A stretch of DNA of 64,000 nucleotides from an uncultured Planctomycetota bacterium (GTDB lineage: Bacteria; Planctomycetota; Planctomycetia; Gemmatales; HRBIN36): contig CALFAY010000032.1 in the NCBI GenBank assembly GCA_937944855.1, forward strand, positions 10,194-74,193, in the 5' to 3' direction. The notes beneath the pieces were generated by a model. The model was not told the origin of the DNA. It made no database searches and saw nothing but the letters and a program-made list of their open reading frames with translations. Below, piece by piece: positions 60,670-64,000 of the stretch; the stretch's first letter is position 1; each line of letters opens with the position of its first letter. The position numbers and the translations under genes are program-made.

Positions 60670-60997
60670 TTCATTTGTGCGCTTGGTAGCTGGCTGGCAC
60701 CCCCGGCGGTTGAGCGAACTCCCTCAGTCCCAGGCCAACAGGCGGCAATGCCTTTTAGCGGCGGCTACGCAATCGCTTCCCGGGGGCAACGGGTTCATTC
60801 GTCGCTCATCCAAGGCGATCCGGTGGTGAGCCTTGATTTACCGACGGAATGGGATTCTGAGAATGGCTCGATCAGGCGATGCTGGCGCGGTGCCGCGGCG
60901 CGTGGCTGGCCCTGCTGCGGCATCTGAAAGCCTGGCTGCTGATGCGGGAGCGATTTCGCTGGGACCAAAACCATCTTTTTTTGGGAATCTGCTTGCA

Positions 60998-61025
60998 TTG
61001 ACATACCTCTGTCGGTAGAAAAGAT
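60998..61025 (+). promoter_or_regulatory. Sigma70-like promoter candidate upstream of the ECF sigma / kinase operon
   Basis: TTGACA at 60998-61003, a 16-nt spacer, then AAAGAT at 61020-61025, about 65 nt upstream of the ATG at 61089. Confidence 0.3.
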
Positions 61026-61088
61026 GTGCTTGTTCCCGCCTCTTCGCGGCTCGCCCCCCGAGAGCGTGGAACGGGAACGCGGTGGCCC

Positions 61089-61664
61089 ATGGAGCCTGCC
61101 CGGAATGAGTTCCAGGTGTTGATGGACCAGGTCCTCGCCGGCTCCGAAGACGCGGCGAGGCAATTAGTCCGCACCTATGGCCCGGCCGTCCTGCGGGCCG
61201 TGCGTCGCAAGCTCAATGGCCGTCTGCGTTCCAAGTTCGATTCCGATGACTTCGTGCAGGATGTCTGGGCCTCGTTCTTTGCGTCCCCTCCGCGGAACCA
61301 TGTGTTCACGTCGCCCCACGATCTGGCGGCTTTTCTGATCCGTGTGGCCCGGAATAAAGTCATCGACGTGGTTCGTCAGCGGTTGCACCGCCAGCGTTAC
61401 GACGTTACGCGGGAGCAGTCGCTGAACTCCTGCGACGGAGCGCTCGAGCATCGGCTCGTCTCTCCCCATGCTTCGCCCAGTACGGTTGCGATGACCGCGG
61501 AGGAGTGGGAGGTGCTTCTGCGAAAAGTGCCTTTGGTCTACCGGGCAGTTCTTCTGCGCTACCGCGAGGGCCAGACACCGACGCAGATCGCCGCCGCTCA
61601 GGGGATCAGTGAACGAACCGTCCGCCGGGTTCTGTCCCGGTTTGTCCCAGGATATGCATCATGA
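61089..61664 (+). CDS. ECF-type RNA polymerase sigma factor
   Basis: From ATG 61089. Region 2 is DDFVQDVWASFF...LIRVARNKVIDVVRQ. The region 4 HTH is LRYREGQTPTQIAAAQGISERTVRRVLSR. Confidence 0.8.
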   Translation: MEPARNEFQVLMDQVLAGSEDAARQLVRTYGPAVLRAVRRKLNGRLRSKFDSDDFVQDVWASFFASPPRNHVFTSPHDLAAFLIRVARNKVIDVVRQRLHRQRYDVTREQSLNSCDGALEHRLVSPHASPSTVAMTAEEWEVLLRKVPLVYRAVLLRYREGQTPTQIAAAQGISERTVRRVLSRFVPGYAS

Positions 61665-63946
61665 GCGCCGCCACCGATGCCACGATGATTCTTCCCGATT
61701 CTGTGCTGCCGGAACGCGCCCTGCGAGCCATGGCCTCGATGGTCAAGGATCGCTGGCGGGCCGGGAATCCTCCCGATGCCGCCCAGGCCGTTGCCGACCT
61801 GCCGGCCTTGCGCTACGCCAAGTCGATTCAACTCGACCTCGCCTATGCGGAGTACTGCTTGCGTCGGCAGGCGGGTGAGACTATCGACATCCGCAGCTTC
61901 TGCGAGCGTTTTCCCAACCTGAAATACTCGCTCCGCCGTCTCCTGGAAGCCCACGAACTGCTCGAAGAACGGCCGGAGTTGCTGGAAGAGCAGCCCTACT
62001 CGTGGCCAGAGCCGGGAAGCCAGTTCCTGGGCTTTGAACTTCTGGAGGAACTGGGGCGGGGTGCGTTTGCCCGGGTCTATCTGGCCCGTGAGAAGGCCCT
62101 GGGCAATCGTCTGGTGGCCCTGAAAGTAGCCCCCTACGGCTGGGGTGAAGCGGACATTCTGGGCCGACTGCAACATCCTAACATCGTCCCGGTGTTCTCA
62201 GTCACCAACGATCCGGACAGCCCGTTGACGGCCGTGTGCATGCCGTATCGCGGCCGTACTACGCTCTGCGACGTCCTCGATCATCTTTCCACGCTCAAGC
62301 GGGTGCCGACCAAGGCCGATGCCATTCTGGACGCCATTCGCTACTCCGGCGGGTGGAACTCGGAGGGAGCCAATCCGGGAGAAACCGATTTTAACCTGCA
62401 TGGTGAGCCGTTCCATCGCGCGGTCGTTCGCATCGGCGCCTTGCTGGCTGACGCTCTGGCATACGCTCATGGTCTGGGCATTTTCCACAGAGACTTGAAA
62501 CCGTCCAACGTGTTGTTGACGGCAGAGGGTTGGCCGCTGCTGCTGGATTTCAACCTCGCCTACGACACACGGGGCATCAGCCATACTATCGGCGGCACGG
62601 TGCCGTACATGGCCCCGGAGCAACTTCGCGCCACGGATCCGATGTGTCCCGACGGACCGGTCGAGGTCGGGGCGCCGGCCGACCTGTTCTCGCTGGGCGT
62701 CATCCTCTACGAACTACTGACCGGCCATCATCCGTTCGCCCCCCTTCCTGAAAGCGGCTCCTTGGCGGCGATGCGTACTGACCTGCTGGATCGGCACCGT
62801 CAAGGTGCACAACCGTTGCGAAAGCTGCGTCCGGGTTGCGATCCTCGGCTGGAGCGCTTGTTGGATCGGCTTCTTGCTTTTGCTCCCGAAGACCGACCGA
62901 ATTCGGCGAGCGAAGTCGCGGAGGCTTTGCATCAGATGCTGAAGCCCCGACGCCACCCGCTGTCTGGAGTCTGGACCGCGGCGGTCGTGGGTGGCGCAGT
63001 GGTCCTGTCCGTCCTGGCTTATGGCAGTGCCGAAAGAACCGTCGTTGAACCCGCTGGCTCGGCATCTCCAGCCGTTTCCGTCAGCTTCACTGAGTGGGTT
63101 TCTCAAGGCAAAAAGGCCTTCGAGTCCGGGAACCACGAGCAAGCGCTGGCGGCGTTCAGCCAGGCCGTCCAGGCTGCCGAGTTACCTGCGGAGCGAGCCG
63201 ACGCGGCCTTTTATCGAGGACGCACTTACCAGCAGATGGCCACCGCCCGAGGCGAACAGAATTTCCTGAACCTCGCTCTCGCGGACTACCAGATCGCGGA
63301 GCAGCTCGCGCCGTCGCCTCGAAATCGTGCTTGCATCGCTTTTGCTTTGTGCTACGTCGATCCATCCCAGGTCACGCTCGCGGAGCGTTACTTCCAGGAG
63401 TGCCTGAAGGACAACTACACGACAGCGGAGATCTACCAGAACCTGGCCTGTATCCTTGGCCAGAACAGCGATCGCCTCTGGGAAGCCCTCCAGCTCCTGG
63501 ATACCGCCATTAGTATGAAGCCCAAAGTGGCGGCCATGCGATACAATCGAGCCGTCGTGTACTTCAATCTGGCTCTGTCGGTCACGGACGAAGAGATGCA
63601 GCAACGTCCGCAATCACTGGGAGCACCCACGGCAGTTGACCTGTTGCGATCCGCTGCCGAGGATATGTTCGCGGCCATGGAGCTGGGGCCGACGACTGCC
63701 GAGATGCACCGTGAGGCCGCGCGCATTCTGGCCCGCCTCTCCGAGATCGACAAGCTCGCGGCAGAGCAAGCCCGCAAGCATCTGAAAATCGCTCTTCGCC
63801 ACAGTATCAACCCCGAAACCGTTCGACACGACCAATCCCTGCGAGCGATCATGGATAGCGAGTCGGAAGTGCTGCTGGACAAGCCCCAAACCGGTTATGT
63901 CCGACAGTTCCGCCTGCTCGACCCATTGAGCGGACGACTGGAGTAA
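61661..63946 (+). CDS. Ser/Thr protein kinase with one TM segment and C-terminal TPR repeats
   Basis: 761 aa. GRGAFARVYLA, VALKV, HRDLKPSNVLL, DFNLA, and GTVPYMAPE are present. A TM-like helix (VWTAAVVGGAVVLSVLAYG) follows, then TPR-like repeats. ATGA overlap with the sigma gene. Confidence 0.9.
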   Translation: MSAATDATMILPDSVLPERALRAMASMVKDRWRAGNPPDAAQAVADLPALRYAKSIQLDLAYAEYCLRRQAGETIDIRSFCERFPNLKYSLRRLLEAHELLEERPELLEEQPYSWPEPGSQFLGFELLEELGRGAFARVYLAREKALGNRLVALKVAPYGWGEADILGRLQHPNIVPVFSVTNDPDSPLTAVCMPYRGRTTLCDVLDHLSTLKRVPTKADAILDAIRYSGGWNSEGANPGETDFNLHGEPFHRAVVRIGALLADALAYAHGLGIFHRDLKPSNVLLTAEGWPLLLDFNLAYDTRGISHTIGGTVPYMAPEQLRATDPMCPDGPVEVGAPADLFSLGVILYELLTGHHPFAPLPESGSLAAMRTDLLDRHRQGAQPLRKLRPGCDPRLERLLDRLLAFAPEDRPNSASEVAEALHQMLKPRRHPLSGVWTAAVVGGAVVLSVLAYGSAERTVVEPAGSASPAVSVSFTEWVSQGKKAFESGNHEQALAAFSQAVQAAELPAERADAAFYRGRTYQQMATARGEQNFLNLALADYQIAEQLAPSPRNRACIAFALCYVDPSQVTLAERYFQECLKDNYTTAEIYQNLACILGQNSDRLWEALQLLDTAISMKPKVAAMRYNRAVVYFNLALSVTDEEMQQRPQSLGAPTAVDLLRSAAEDMFAAMELGPTTAEMHREAARILARLSEIDKLAAEQARKHLKIALRHSINPETVRHDQSLRAIMDSESEVLLDKPQTGYVRQFRLLDPLSGRLE

Positions 63947-64000
63947 TAAGCTAACGGGTTGACTTCGACACTGCCGCGACTGGTCACTCATTCCATCGCA

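Overview
This is a 64-kb high-GC bacterial chromosomal segment. I assign it to Planctomycetota (Gemmataceae-like) from marker content: a DUF1559 prepilin-type protein, a PSCyt1 'planctomycete cytochrome c' protein, an ECF sigma factor translationally coupled to a Ser/Thr kinase, and a 23S-5S rRNA operon with no linked 16S. About 60 protein genes are supported.

Housekeeping blocks: larB-nnrD-pyrH-frr-pyrG; lysA and argH; a nuoI-like gene, DUF2203 and nuoA-B-C-D; gcvT-gcvH-gcvPA; ribBA.

RNA genes: tRNA-Ala(UGC), 23S and 5S on the minus strand, ending in a clear terminator and followed by csrA.

Unusual content, most interesting first:
1. Two tandem paralogous secreted GGFG-repeat / proline-motif proteins, each with the same promoter-like element (1.6-3.5 kb).
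2. An orphan Cas6/RAMP-like gene with no CRISPR array or cas neighbours (52.7-53.7 kb).
3. A 1257-aa protein built as FHA domain, roughly 800-aa coiled coil, and pseudokinase (5.0-8.8 kb).
4. A 1.16-kb ORF-free region upstream of the rRNA operon carrying perfect 19-nt direct repeats.
5. A visibly lower-GC sugar ABC transporter plus LamG-GH32 island. Its GH32 domain has Ser where the catalytic Glu of the EC motif should be.
6. A sulfotransferase and PhyH-like dioxygenase pair next to a CE15 esterase.

I saw no CRISPR array, transposase, integrase or phage genes. Many long ORFs in the track are antisense or alternative-frame artefacts of high GC content and were not called. All family assignments come from motif recognition by eye and need HMM confirmation.
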